DNA from: Trichoplax adhaerens
Taxonomy: Eukaryota > Animalia > Placozoa
Assembly: GCF_000150275.1 (NCBI RefSeq)
Contig: NW_002060947.1
Location: 3,958,335 to 4,022,334, forward strand
Length of the DNA stretch: 64,000 nt
Direction: 5' to 3'
A program made the position numbers and the translations under genes. The notes beneath the pieces were generated by a model, which worked only from the letters and a program-made list of their open reading frames with translations, was not told where the DNA came from and ran no database searches. Positions 42,685 through 55,400 of this stretch are shown piece by piece. Each line of letters begins with the position of its first letter. The first letter of the stretch is position 1.

Positions 42685-43380
42685 ACTGTACTGTAAAGTG
42701 TACAGTACTTTGCACACGGCGTACTGAGCAGAGACTGTACTGTGCTACAGTACTGTACAGTACAGTACAGTATAGTCCTTCGTTATCGAGTTAGGCTTGC
42801 CACACCTTTGAATTGGCTAACTGTACAGTACAGTACAGTACTGTACTGTGTTAGGTCCTGTACAGTACACTGTACAGTGTACAGTACAGTACCATACTCA
42901 ACTGCAGTACTGTAGAGACTCTTTATAAGAGACTACAGTTTTATTAGCCAGTTCAGTACAGTAGTTACTGTAACTTGTCTGTGTTCTCATTGAACCGAAT
43001 TTTATTAGTCATTCATCAAGTTAAACTCATGCATAAGCTGCTTACGAAATATGCTTACATGAAAACTGATTCATCAGTATATATACTGTACGGTAGAATT
43101 ACCGAAATATCAAAATGAGATCAATAAAGGTTGTACAATAAATAGCTATCCATAACGGCAAGAAGATTTACAGTACAATGTGTACACTGTACAGTACTGT
43201 ACAGTAGTAGTCTATATCATCCGAGCTTGTAAGTCTACAGTGAAAAGTCATATTCGCTACAGTACGAGTCACGCCCATCCCGCCATGTATTTTAAACACT
43301 GCTGTACTGTACTGTACAGTACAGTACAGTACCGGACAGTACAGTACTGTACACTGTACAGTCGTGTACTGTACGGACTG
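42685..43380. repeat. (GTAC[A/T])n low-complexity arrays upstream of RPS4
   Basis: Dense CAGTA/TACTG runs, for example at 42823-42892 and 43303-43375. Confidence 0.85.
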
Positions 43381-43395
43381 TATTTTAGCGTTCAG

Positions 43396-43436
43396 TATTA
43401 TAAGCAAAGACTTCTGGGAATCAGGTCCTTTTGCCC
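43396..43436 (+). promoter_or_regulatory. RPS4 TATA-like element and polypyrimidine (TCT/5'TOP-like) initiator
   Basis: TATTATAAG at 43396 lies about 30 bp upstream of TCCTTTTGCCC (43426-43436), which is about 35 nt before the ATG-only first coding exon. This layout is typical of ribosomal protein genes. Confidence 0.55.
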
Positions 43437-43466
43437 TGCTGGCTGTTTCTACGATAGAAAAGAAAA

Positions 43467-46004
43467 ATGGTAGGTATCAAGATCATCGTGAGGTGGAATC
43501 ATCTGTTTTATATCGTTAACATCGTTCATTTAATCCTCTTTTTATCTGTAAATTTGATCGTATCGTACATTTTTTTTAAAAGTTATGATGATAGCAATGT
43601 ATTTTTAAATTGTAAAACGTTTTTATAGCACCGTTTTAAAGTGCGTGTCGTTTGTTTCAGTTCAATACGGTAGACAACCTAACGTGGTTCAGTCGACTCT
43701 CCACTGTGTTAAAGTAGAAGATATAGTTTGTTCTAGTCCACTATACTGCATTAAATTCGATGTGTATCTGGATCTAGTTTTAATTTTCAAGTTATTTCTA
43801 AATTTTACATACAGCATCTTTTACATCATGCTGAGTGCAGAGAATTTCAAAATCACTTGATATGGCTTGAAATAAGGTGTTACGGTACGCGTATACTTTT
43901 ATTAATAGAGCGCCATTTGTAATTGAACTCATTTAGGCACGAGGCCCAAAGAAGCACTTGAAGCGTCTTCATGCGCCTAAGCATTGGATGCTTGATAAGC
44001 TTTCAGGATCATTTGTGAGTAGATTTATCATCTAATGATAGTTCGATTCTTAATTAATCTTTGTCAGTAATCACGATGGCTGTGTTTCTTCATGATTTTA
44101 CAACTGAGTGGGCAGACCAAAGCGTGTACGAGTATCCGGCTTTCAGCTCAGTATTGCAATTTACTGTAAAACTACGGATACTGTAGTTTAATATTACAAA
44201 TTGTTTTAGATCATCAATTAGTAATATTACAATATTTGTTACCTGGGTTGTACAGTATAGGCAATAAGCTGCATGAAGACACTATTGTGATATAAATGAG
44301 CTGATTACGAAATCATCCATTCACGGCTGGTATCATTCACTATTATAAATATTACAGTAAACTATGTACGATAGAGTACAGCATACATACTGTACGTAAT
44401 GTATAAAGTAGTTCAGTTTTGATCTATTTTTGCTCTATACACTATTTTATGTCCCTGGCAGTTCTACTATACCGTATTCATAGAGTTTGTATTTATACAC
44501 AGTTGTAAAGTAGTTACCATACTATACTCCTTTAGTAGACTCTCGTGGTATGCTGAACTAATGGTTTGCAACTTTACACTGCTCATAGAATCGGTTCATT
44601 TGCAAACTAAAGTTAGACTAGATCTCGAGATCCACAATGTAGTTTATTTCATAGCGAATTTATCAAGCTTGCAGGTCTTTAGCTTCCATCAATGAATTAT
44701 CAGTTTTAGAAAGCTGAGATGACAAGCATATTTATGCATACGTATACGATAGTTATAGCTAATCCCTAGGCAATAAATTTTACCGATTGTCCAAATACTA
44801 TGTCGTATTTACAGTAAACAAACACATGCTTACAACAAAGTTCTGTCGTTGAAATTTTAAAAATTTCTGATTAAACTATGTGGATTACTTAGCTGATAAA
44901 CTAATGCTTTATGCGCTTACTATTTTAGGCTCCTCGCCCGTCTTGTGGTCCGCATAAATTTCGTGAATGCTTGCCCTTAGCTATTTTTATGAGAAATCGT
45001 TTGAAATATGCGTTGACATATGATGAAGTAAAGAAAATCGTCAAGCAGCGTCTGATCAAGATTGACGGAAAAGTTCGCACGGACATCACCTATCCGGCTG
45101 GGTTTATGGGTGAGTATTTCGTAGCATGGTTTGTTTATATAAGTTGCATTACACTCTTTACTGCGAAATATTGCCTTAATTTATACTACCTTGTATAATA
45201 ATTAAAATTTATAAGCGCTTAGTACCCGCGATATACATTATGTTGTACTGTAATTGTATAGTATATGGATATAGCTTTCCAGATATATTTATGGTTATTT
45301 AGTCAAGATACTAGTTAAATACGTAGAATAGTAATTGATTAATCTTTATACTAATGTTAACAATTACATGATTGATCCCTTTTCCTAGATGTAATTGCTA
45401 TTGAAAAAACTGGAGAAAACTTTCGTTTACTTTATGACGCTAAAGGTCGATTTACTGTTCACCGCATTACGCCTGAGGAAGCATCTGTAAATATGATCAT
45501 AGTTACAGTTTTTCGTGATATGATTGGTAGGTTATAGCTCTTGGAATTAATTTTATAATTTTTAATCATTAGTACAAGTTATGCAAGGTGAAACAACTTC
45601 AAATTGGCGCGAAGGGTATCCCATATGCAGTAACCCATGACGCTCGTACTATTCGTTATCCTGACCCATTAGTTAAAGTGAATGATACCATCAAGGTTGA
45701 CCTTAAATCTGGAAAAATAACCGACTTTCTCAAATTTGACAGTGGTAATCAAGTTATGGCAATTGGCGGACGTAACATGGGTAGAATTGGGGTTATTACT
45801 CATCGTGAACGACATTCTGGATCTTTTGACATCGTTCATGTCAAAGATGCCCAAGGGAACGCCTTTGCTACGCGATTGACTAATGTGTTCGTAATCGGCA
45901 AGGGTACTAAGCCTTACGTTTCTTTGCCTCGTGGTAAAGGTATTCGTCTGACAATTGCGGAAGAACGTGACAAACGTTTGCAAGGGAAGCAATCAAATAT
46001 GTAG
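43467..46004 (+). CDS. RPS4: 40S ribosomal protein S4 (eS4), 5 coding exons
   Basis: Exons: 43467-43469 (ATG), 43937-44014 ([26 protein letters not shown]), 44929-45109 ([17 protein letters not shown]...DITYPAGFM), 45388-45486, and 45573-46004 (...[16 protein letters not shown]...[19 protein letters not shown]). Confidence 0.97.
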
Positions 46005-47279
46005 ATACTTATAAACTGTGTTAAATTTTCAATAAATATCGATTACCTGATGACTGGCACGTTAGTATGGCTATAATATTGTTCAACGTAATCCAAAGTT
46101 GGTGATTATGATGGTATTTTAGTGTTCACTTTTCTATCATTTCAACATTGAATGATTAGTCTGTCAATGAGTTATGCGATTGACTGAAATTAGGACTCTT
46201 ACTCTCAGTTACAATCATTTCTTAGTAAGATCACCGGGTACTGTAATAAGTGTACACCCGAAGTAGAGTGGTAGCACTAATGTGAAATATAACTTGTCTC
46301 TTTTGCATTGTGCTAATATGCTCCAGTCCAGATATGACTGTATAATATCGATTAATATTATTATCAAGAGTCTCATTGGCACGACATAATATATGGGTTC
46401 GGTTAGTTATACAGTGTATATAAACTGAATAGCAATAGTAATGTGTAAGTATTTTATATATTTACTGGGCTATTGCAAATTGTGAATTAGGAGGTCGAGA
46501 AGCGATAGGTTGTTGAGCTAGTACCGTAGAGGTAAAAGCTTTTTTTACTTGTATGGCTACTACTACATACTATGCAATTCAGCATAAGCGGCATCAAAGT
46601 GAGTGAATAGCGAGCGAATCAACACTGTAAGCCTTGTGTAAATTATGAGCAAAGCGGCATGTCGATTGTACACTGTACAGAACCAATGCATTTAGGTATC
46701 CGTGATTTGGCACTACGAAAGATAACTAGGAAACTCGAGTGGATCAAGCCAATGAGCAAACGTTTCTTGTCGTCATGTACAGTACTGTACTATATACATT
46801 AGTTATTTCCATGTGACCTATCTAAAAATGCCTCCGAAACTCCTTTCTACTTGTATTCTACTGTACTTGTCTAAGCCAATTTGCCAAGTTTTATGGAAAT
46901 GAACTAAGATGTTGGAAAAGTGTTTGATTCATTTGCATAGGCACTAGCAGATATGTTTGGACAAGTACTGCACATTGAAGATATACTCATCTACTCATAT
47001 ACAGTATAGCCGTTTCAGCGGCATTTCTGGATAATCGTATGTCATAGGGAAATGACTGGATGTAGTCAGGGGCTTTTGAAAATGCGGATTTTCTTAGAAG
47101 CCTTAGATGCAGTGGATACATTAAAATGCGAAATCATCTGGATGGCTGTTCGGTGCTCAGTGTGGCATGGTCTGAACCTCTAGAACTGGAGGTCCATCAT
47201 CCATGAGATTAGAACTGTCGTCAACTATAGAATGCACTGGAGAAAGGTTTTTCTCACGTGCAACAGCGACTGCAGGTGT

Positions 47280-47800
47280 ATACTGTATAGTACACTTGTT
47301 GTATACAGTACAGTAGAGGGTCTCTAGTATACTGTACAGTACAGTAGAATCAATGCAGGTAAAAGAAAAAAAATCTTTCCTTCTCGAGTACAGTACAGTA
47401 CATTATACGGTAAAAACAGTACACTGTACGGTATACTATAGTACTGTACATTATACTGTACGGTACTATACTGTACTGTCCTGGACCGTGCCGTACCGTA
47501 CTATACTGTAGTGTACAGTACTGTACAGGTCTGCCATACTGTACAGTACTGTACTGTACAGTACAGTATACAGTACTGTAGAACCAATACAGTACAGTAC
47601 AAGTAAAAGAAAAAAAATCTTTCCTTCTCGAGTACAGTACTGTACTGTACTGTACAGTACGTTATACGGTGAAACACAGTACAATGTACGGGATTATACA
47701 GTACATTGTACGGTACCATAGGTACTGTACCGCACCGTACAGTGTACAGTACACTATCACGGTATGACCACGAGGGGTTGCACAGTACAGTACTGTCAAA
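47280..47800. repeat. GTAC[A/T]-rich region with an about 244-bp tandem duplication upstream of CCT8
   Basis: AAAAGAAAAAAAATCTTTCCTTCTCGAGTACAGTAC occurs at 47361 and 47605, with similar flanks embedded in CAGTA/TACTG runs. Confidence 0.85.
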
Positions 47801-47975
47801 AAGTCGAAAATTGCTGGACAGAATCCAGTACAGACTTTACGGTCAGAAAACGTGGAAGATCGCGCGTTACCTTTAAGCACATTTCTTTGGCATTCTCTGC
47901 TGTATCAATTGATTCAGAATAGGAAATTTATTGCAGAAGTAAAATCATATAAAACGCCAGAGAAATACTGCGAAA

Positions 47976-50900
47976 ATGGCTCTTCATATACCTCGTGGGA
48001 TGTTACAAACTATGATGAAAGATGGCGCAAAGGTAAAATGAAATTTTGCATTCAAGAAAAGTCTGATAGTGTGCCAATATTACCTGAAAATGACAAATTG
48101 GAGACCAGTTGACTGAGATAGATATACTTAGATATTACTACTAAAAAATATCATTCGATAGTGCTATCCTTACAATGATACAGTCATAAATTATAGGATG
48201 ACTTTAAGTATGATAGTCCACTATGGAGTGCAGAAGAAAGTTGGATGTAGAGGTATTGATCGATGGATATCGTAGACTCGACTAAGGTGGTCTTTGACAA
48301 ATTGGAGAGGTAGCCGTACGCTATACTGTAGTTACTTTTCACGAAGTGTATTCTGCGATACTGTACTAGATAGACAGCCTTGTAGTCCAGTTCTTCCACC
48401 GATCTGCTGCCTAGTGACGCTTTATCCAGCGATAAAGTTATAAAATTTCTTACTTTATACATCGCTTTCAAAGAGTCATGATATACGATTATGTAGTAAA
48501 CAACGTATAGAAGTAAGATAAATGAAAGATATGTAATTGGGTCATACAATTATTCTAAATTGACATTTTTGATGTAGTTCATCTGATGTTCAAAGCACTA
48601 TTGAAATAAATTTGAATTTATTTTCATCTGTTCACCTATATTTGAGGCATAAGCAATGCTGTACTGACTTTATTCTCCTATAGTATAGTACAGTAATTAA
48701 CTCATGGCTTTTATAATATCAATTTCCAGCATTTTAGTGGCTTTGATGAGGCTATCTTGCGCAATTTAAATGCCGCTAAAGAATTAGCGCGCATGACGCG
48801 GACTTCGTACGGCCCAAATGGGATGAATAAAATGATTATTAATCATATCGAAAAATTATTCGTTAGTAACGATGCCGCAACCATGATTAAAGAAATGGAG
48901 GTAAGTTCGTAAGATATTCTCAAATTAATTTTTATTTAGTTTTCTAATTATACTTATTCAATGCTAATTCCCTTGTGTGCTAATTAGGTTCAACATCCTG
49001 CTGCAAAAATGCTTGTGTATTCTTTACAAATGCAGGAGCAAGAGGTAACCGATCACACACAGTACTTTATCTCCAATATCAATTACTTGCCAAACAAAAA
49101 CGACTTTTGTTCTCGCATAATCGTTTTAGATTGGAGATGGAACTAACTTCGTAATCATATTTGCTGGAGCGTTATTGGAGCTAGCAGAAGATTTACTAAG
49201 AATGGTACGTTGCAAAAAACAGTCACAACGATACAGTACACTAGTTGACGTATGTTCGACAGTATCGTCAAACTGAAAGAGTACGCTGTTTTCTCTTGCT
49301 ACTGTAAATCAACGCACTATTTACTGTACATTACTAAATTAAGCAAACTTTGTATGGTACCGTGCATCAGATTGAATTATGATTATTTTCATCTTTGTTT
49401 TGATAGGGTTTATCACCAACCGAGATTATTGAAGGGTATGAAATGGCATGCAAAAAAGCGATTGAAATATTGCCTGGTAACCAATTGCCGTTTTGACAAT
49501 TTGTGGCTTCATTAGTGTTCCATTTATGATAACGTAGAAATTTAACATTGGGAATTTACTTTAATCATATCTTTTCTCTAGATCTTGTTTGTGGTAAGGT
49601 ATCAAATCTTCGTGATGAGAGTGACGTGGGTAACGCTATCAGAACTTCTGTGGCAAGTAAACAGGTAAATTATAACGATATTACAAGAGATTGTTTGAAT
49701 AGGAACTAAGGTCTTTGTTCTATTTTATTTTTAGTATGGTTATGAAGGTTTTCTATCTGATTTGATTGCTAAAGCCTGTAGTAAGTTGATGGATAATTGA
49801 ATGTATCCACCTGTAACTGTAGTAAAATTGATAACGTAAACTAGGACAGTTGTTGTCGACAGACTCGATACTATTAGTATATTTACTTTTTAATTTGTAT
49901 TTTTCAAGTCAGTACAGTTGGAGCTAGTGATCGTGTTCTCTTCAACGTGGATAATGTCCGGGTGGCCAAAATATTAGGATCGGGAGTTCTCAGATCTAGT
50001 GTTCTTCGAGGAATGGTATTTAGAAGAGGAATTGAAGGCAAGGGAGAAAGTTTTTAAGATATTTACAACCCACGGACTTTTTTAAAATTCTAACTAAATG
50101 CAATGTTTTTGTTATACTGCTTATTAGGTGAAATTAAAGAATTGAAAAACGCTAAAGTTGTAGTTTATTCTTGTCCAGTTGATATTAGTCAAACTGAAAC
50201 CAAAGGCACTGTACTATTGAAGTCAGCCGACGAACTATTGGAATTCAGTAAAGGGGAAGAGACTATTCTTGAGGCAGTATGTATACTGTTATGTAGTCCT
50301 TATAAAATAGTAGTGATGAATGAGTAGATTATTATAATTTTTTGGTCTGCGCGCAATTATTTTCTAAATATCTGTATTCTATTACTTTGAAATGTTTGGT
50401 TATTAGCAAATCCAAGCAATTGCTAACACTGGATGTAATATTGTTGTTTCTGGCGGTAAAGTTGGTGAAATGGCTCTTCACTTTTTGAATAAATTTAAAA
50501 TTATGGTTGTAAGGTAAAAGAATACAGTTACATTATTGATTGATTTCTTTATTGACAGTCATTATAAAGGCTTGTATAAATTTGTAACTTCTACAATTAT
50601 AATCTCTACAGAATCCCTTCTAAATTTGACCTTCGACGATTGTGCCGAACTGTAGGAGCAACTGCATTACCAAAAATTGTAATATACCTTTGCAGTCATT
50701 TCTTATTGCTGTACTGGTCACTTCGTTAGCACGTATAACTTCATGTCTCGTTCTATTATTTAGATGCCGCCTACAGCGGATGAATGTGGCAGTTGTGATC
50801 GAGTTTATTTAACCGAAATTGGCGATAATACTGTTACAGTATTTGATCAATGTAATTTAATATATTGTAGCGCTATCTATCGTTATATTCATCAATTTTC

Positions 50901-51928
50901 TGCACTCTATTGCAACGTAATTTTATTTATTTTAAATAGCGAGTGATAGTGTAGTATCAACTATCGTTATTCGTGGTTCTTCTGACAATATCATGGATGA
51001 TGTGGAAAGATCAATTGACGATGGTGTCAATACCTACAAGGCTTTGACGAAGGTTTGAATGTTATCCTAATGATTATGTTACTTAATATTCTATATTACT
51101 ATTAACAATAAAAGTAAACCCATTGCGTTTAAATCTATAATTACCGATTTTCCCTCGCATTCTTAGATTGGTTTTATCTGATGTGATAGTTATAAATCTA
51201 ATTTATTCATACACGTAGGATCCTCGATTGGTACCCGGGGCTGGTGCAACAGAAATAGAGTTAGCGAAGGAAATTTCATCTTACAGTGAAACGTGTCCTG
51301 GTTTAGCTCAATACGCTATAAAGAAATTTGCACAAGCCTTGGAGGCGCTTCCAAGAGCGCTTGCCGAAAACTCTGGCGTCAATGCCAATGAAGTTATTTC
51401 TAATTTATATGCAGCCCATCAAACAGGCGATAAGGCTAGTGGTTTTGATATTGAGGTAAGTTGATTTGGTATTGGGTCATTTTGGCACATTCTCTAGCTG
51501 TGGATTGCAATTCTGTGCATTCTAACATTCGCAAATGTGCAACAGTTTTATCGAACTTTATATTAGCAATTGCGTTTATATAGCGCATTTTGTCAGTCAG
51601 AGTTCGGAAAACTCTATCTTTCCCATTAATAAGAGATGCTTTAAATTTTCTAGACGGGAAAAGCAGATGTAAAAAACGCAACTGAGTGCGGTATTGTTGA
51701 TTTGTATCTTGTTAAACATTGGGGACTAAGATTTGCCACAGATGCGGCAGCTACTGTTCTTCGAGTTGATCAGGTAACAAAAACATGCATTATCATTTGA
51801 CTATCTCATATTTTATATAATGCTAACAAAGTTAAAACTGTGCTTCATATAAAATGGGATAGATCTTCATGTCAAAACCAGCAGGTGGACCGAAGCCACC
51901 AGAAGCGAAAGATCGAGACGATGATTAA
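47976..51928 (+). CDS. CCT8: T-complex protein 1 subunit theta (chaperonin CCT8), multi-exon
   Basis: Segments: MALHIPRGMLQTMMKDGAK | HFSGFDEAILRN...TSYGPNGMNKMIINHIEKLFVSNDAAT; QEQEIGDGTNFV; FNVDNVRVAKILGSG; SQTETKGTVLLKSA; SKFDLRRLCRTVGATALP; VPGAGATEIELA; VLRVDQIFMSKPAGGPKPPEAKDRDDD* (stop 51926-51928). Confidence 0.97.
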
Positions 51929-52411
51929 CCTCCTTTTTAACTAATATTTGTAATAATCTAAATTTATTCGTATTCTACATCAATCTAAAGATAATCTTCT
52001 CTTTGAAATAGTATACAACACGAAAACAAATAAAGTAATTATTTAACTAATATTAATCTATGAATGCAAAATTTATCATTACAGCAGTTTTCTTACACAC
52101 TTGTGAAAAAACTCGAACGTCGTAGTATGCTGTTTATTGCATATAAGAACTAACAGGCTACATTAACTGCATATGATGTTATGTTCATAATTTAAGAAAC
52201 TAGTGTGTAAATATACTTACGTAAACGGACATACATTGCGAATCTACAGTAGTAATTTTCTTTTTCAGTAGTGATTGACTTCTAAATACTCGACTTCACG
52301 TACATAGATATATCTTCTATAATAGCCATACTAGTGATAAACGAGTAAGGTAAAAAAATATATTGCAGGCTATATCATATAGCATGCCGGTAATTTCGTT
52401 GTACATTCTCC

Positions 52412-55400
52412 TTATAAACCAAATGGGTCTTGTGGTTGCAATGGTGGTCGTTGAAATGCTGCTTGCGGTTGTGATTGGGTTGGAAACATATTTTGCTGTT
52501 GGAATGGATTTAACTATAAAAATGAGAATTGGGTTGGCAATTAAATTGAGAGTAGAATAAGAGGCTTCAGTTTATCCAACTTACAGGGTTAACGGGTTGC
52601 TGCATAGCCATCGGCTGTGTAAACTGTTGTTGAGGAAACTAGTTTTCGTTATTAAAATGTTAAAATAAGTGTAATAGTTAGTACTATAATAGTGGGTATA
52701 ATACTGCTGTAGATTTCGCCTTGAATAGAAAAAAGGACATATTAATTTCCCTAAAGAAAATATAAGGACAATTTACCCCCGCAGTCTGTTGCTGGTTCCA
52801 AGTGCCAGGTTGTCCCCAGGTTGTAGTTGTAGTAGCGGCAATCGGTCTAAATTGATAATTATCTCCTCCGGTTAATTTTTGTGGTTGAGATGGTGTCCAT
52901 TGATGTTTCGATCTATTTATTATACGGTATAATAAAGAGTTTAACAATAGTACTATTCGTCAAGATATTCAACAGTTGCAAGTATATCTATCCTAACTCA
53001 CTTTTTACTGGCCATAACTGATCCTTTTGCAGGAACAGTGGCATTAGTGTTACGCAAGGCTGTAAAGAAAATATAGTCGATCAATTCGTATATATAAATT
53101 AAACAATTATTGGCCATCATTAATTCATGTGTTACGCTACGTACTCAGATTTTCAGCGGCCTTCGCTAAGCTAGAATCCAAATCATTCGATAATTGGGCA
53201 TTTGAATCATTATTTTGAATCTGTTGGGCTTTCTCTGTTCCAAGAACGGTCGGTTGCATAACTCCAGCAAATACTTAAAATGTAACAATAAAGTTAATAA
53301 ACTACTTTTGTACTGGATAAAGTGAGAAAATTTTTAAAGACTACTTACGATCTAGTGGTTGATCACTGTTCGAGTTGGGGGCATCTTTAAAATTAGCTTT
53401 AAATGGTTCGTTATTTGCTACAGGTTAATGTAATAGGGTACATATTAATAGAAATCAAATGTTCGTAATTGCTGAAATTAATACACGCTTCCTCTATAAT
53501 ATGCAATTTTATTTTTGTCGTATACTGTATATTACTACAGTAAGATGAAACTAGCAAATACGCTCAACGTCAAGACTAATATATTGAGATGGAAATCTCC
53601 ATATAAGTATGTAGAATGCTTTAAAGATTCATATTCTTTCAAACTTTATTCAACAGCTGAAATAGCTGCACTCTAACTTTTAATCTTATATTTTAAGATA
53701 CCTTGTGGCACTTGATTGAAATTTGCATTAAACGATTCAGCTAAAAATAATGATTGAAATTAAACGAGAAGTAGGAATTATATCGTAATTGATGTAATTT
53801 ATTCATCTAGTATTATATTCTATTTTATTTTTCTATATTTTTACCTTGTGTTGGTTGATTAAAATTCGTATTAAATTGCATAGCAGGAGCAGCTAAAATA
53901 AACATTGAAATACAGTATAAGTACTTCCAGAACTTATATCATAGTAACATATCTATGGTATTTCATTTATAGTTGTAAAGGTATTTTATGATTCAGTTGG
54001 CGTTATATATAGTAATTGTTCTGTGTTTATGACTGATAGGCGTAAAACATCATTTAATTTTGTTGAAAGAACCTTGAGGCTGTTGCTGAGATTGCCAGAG
54101 AGAATTTCCAGCACCACTTTGAGCGCCTGTAGGTTGCGAAGGAAAAATACCTCCAAGATCAGTTAGATCATTCTTTGGTACTGTCGGTTGCTGTGGTGAT
54201 ACAGAGCTGGCCATAGGCGACTGTTGAAAAGGATCAGCTTGAGGACTAGTAACAGTTGGCTGCGATTGAAAAGGATCAATTTGAGGTTTAGCAACAGTTG
54301 GCTGCTGTTGGAACAGATCAGCTTGAGGACTAGCAACAGTAGGCTGCGGTTGACTGTTTGAATTGAAAGGATCGAACGCTGTACGTTGCTGTTTTGGTTG
54401 CTCAGCAGGGGCATTGTTGAATGGTTCAAAAGTATCAAATGAAGGAGTCTTTTCAGTTGGAGTGGGCTGTGGTGAATTTGGTGATATTAAATTTGGTTGT
54501 TGTTGAGGGGTTTGCGGTTTTGCTTGATTTGCGGTAGCAGAACCGGGTGCAACGTTGAGACTGTAAGCTCTTTGCTATAGATAAATGATACAGGATCTAC
54601 ATTCATATAACGTTCTACATATTAAATTATCAAGCAGTATTGCAGTATAACCTTCAATATTTCCATATTTTGGATTTCCGCTTTTGCTTTCTCTATTTCT
54701 TCAGTTGAAGCTTTGCCTCTGTATTAAATGGAAATGGGTATTTAATTAATGATAGCAATTCATTCATTATTTTACATGTGTTTTAAGTTTGAGTGAATGC
54801 GTACTTGGCTCCTTTTTTATCTAGACCGTAAAAATGATTCTCTAGGGCCTCGAGTAAGCTTGCAGGTGCCTAATAATAAGTTCAATACCAAGTTCGATTT
54901 AATTATGTACTTATCTGTGCCAAAATGATACAAAACGTTCATCACTTACAGAATTGAGATATGGAATATCCCCTTTGTCGTATCCACGATCCTAAATGCA
55001 TATATATATTTGTGACTTTACTATTCAGGATCTACTTGATATAGTGCTTTCAGATAATTATTTTCAATTGAGCTAACCTCAGCTATTTTCCAAAATTCTT
55101 TAACTTTTTCCATTGTGACAACAAATTTTTTATAAAACTCTAATGCATCCTTACAGCTCTTTTTGCTTAAATCAAAATATTTCTCTATATGTAATACAGA
55201 GGAGAGGAAGAACTAGTCAAGAGATGTTATTCAAATTTATGCGTAAAAAAAATTTTTGCTCAGACAGATTTTGTATTTATTACTTCAGAATATTTAGTAC
55301 ACACCTAATAGGTTGATCATTGCGTCATTATAACAAGCAAATAGCCGTACAAGATCCTACAGTGGATAGTACATGATTTATAAGACGATATAACTTGATT

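Noticed and set aside
45669-45992. 107-aa ORF antisense to RPS4, and similarly 39265-39594 antisense to POU3
   Set aside because: These are shadow ORFs of real coding exons.
34439-47880. Short ORFs rich in YCTVLYSTVQ (for example 34868-35086, 43168-43473, 47466-47880)
   Set aside because: They are translations of the GTAC[A/T] arrays, which are stop-poor on both strands. They have no protein-like composition.
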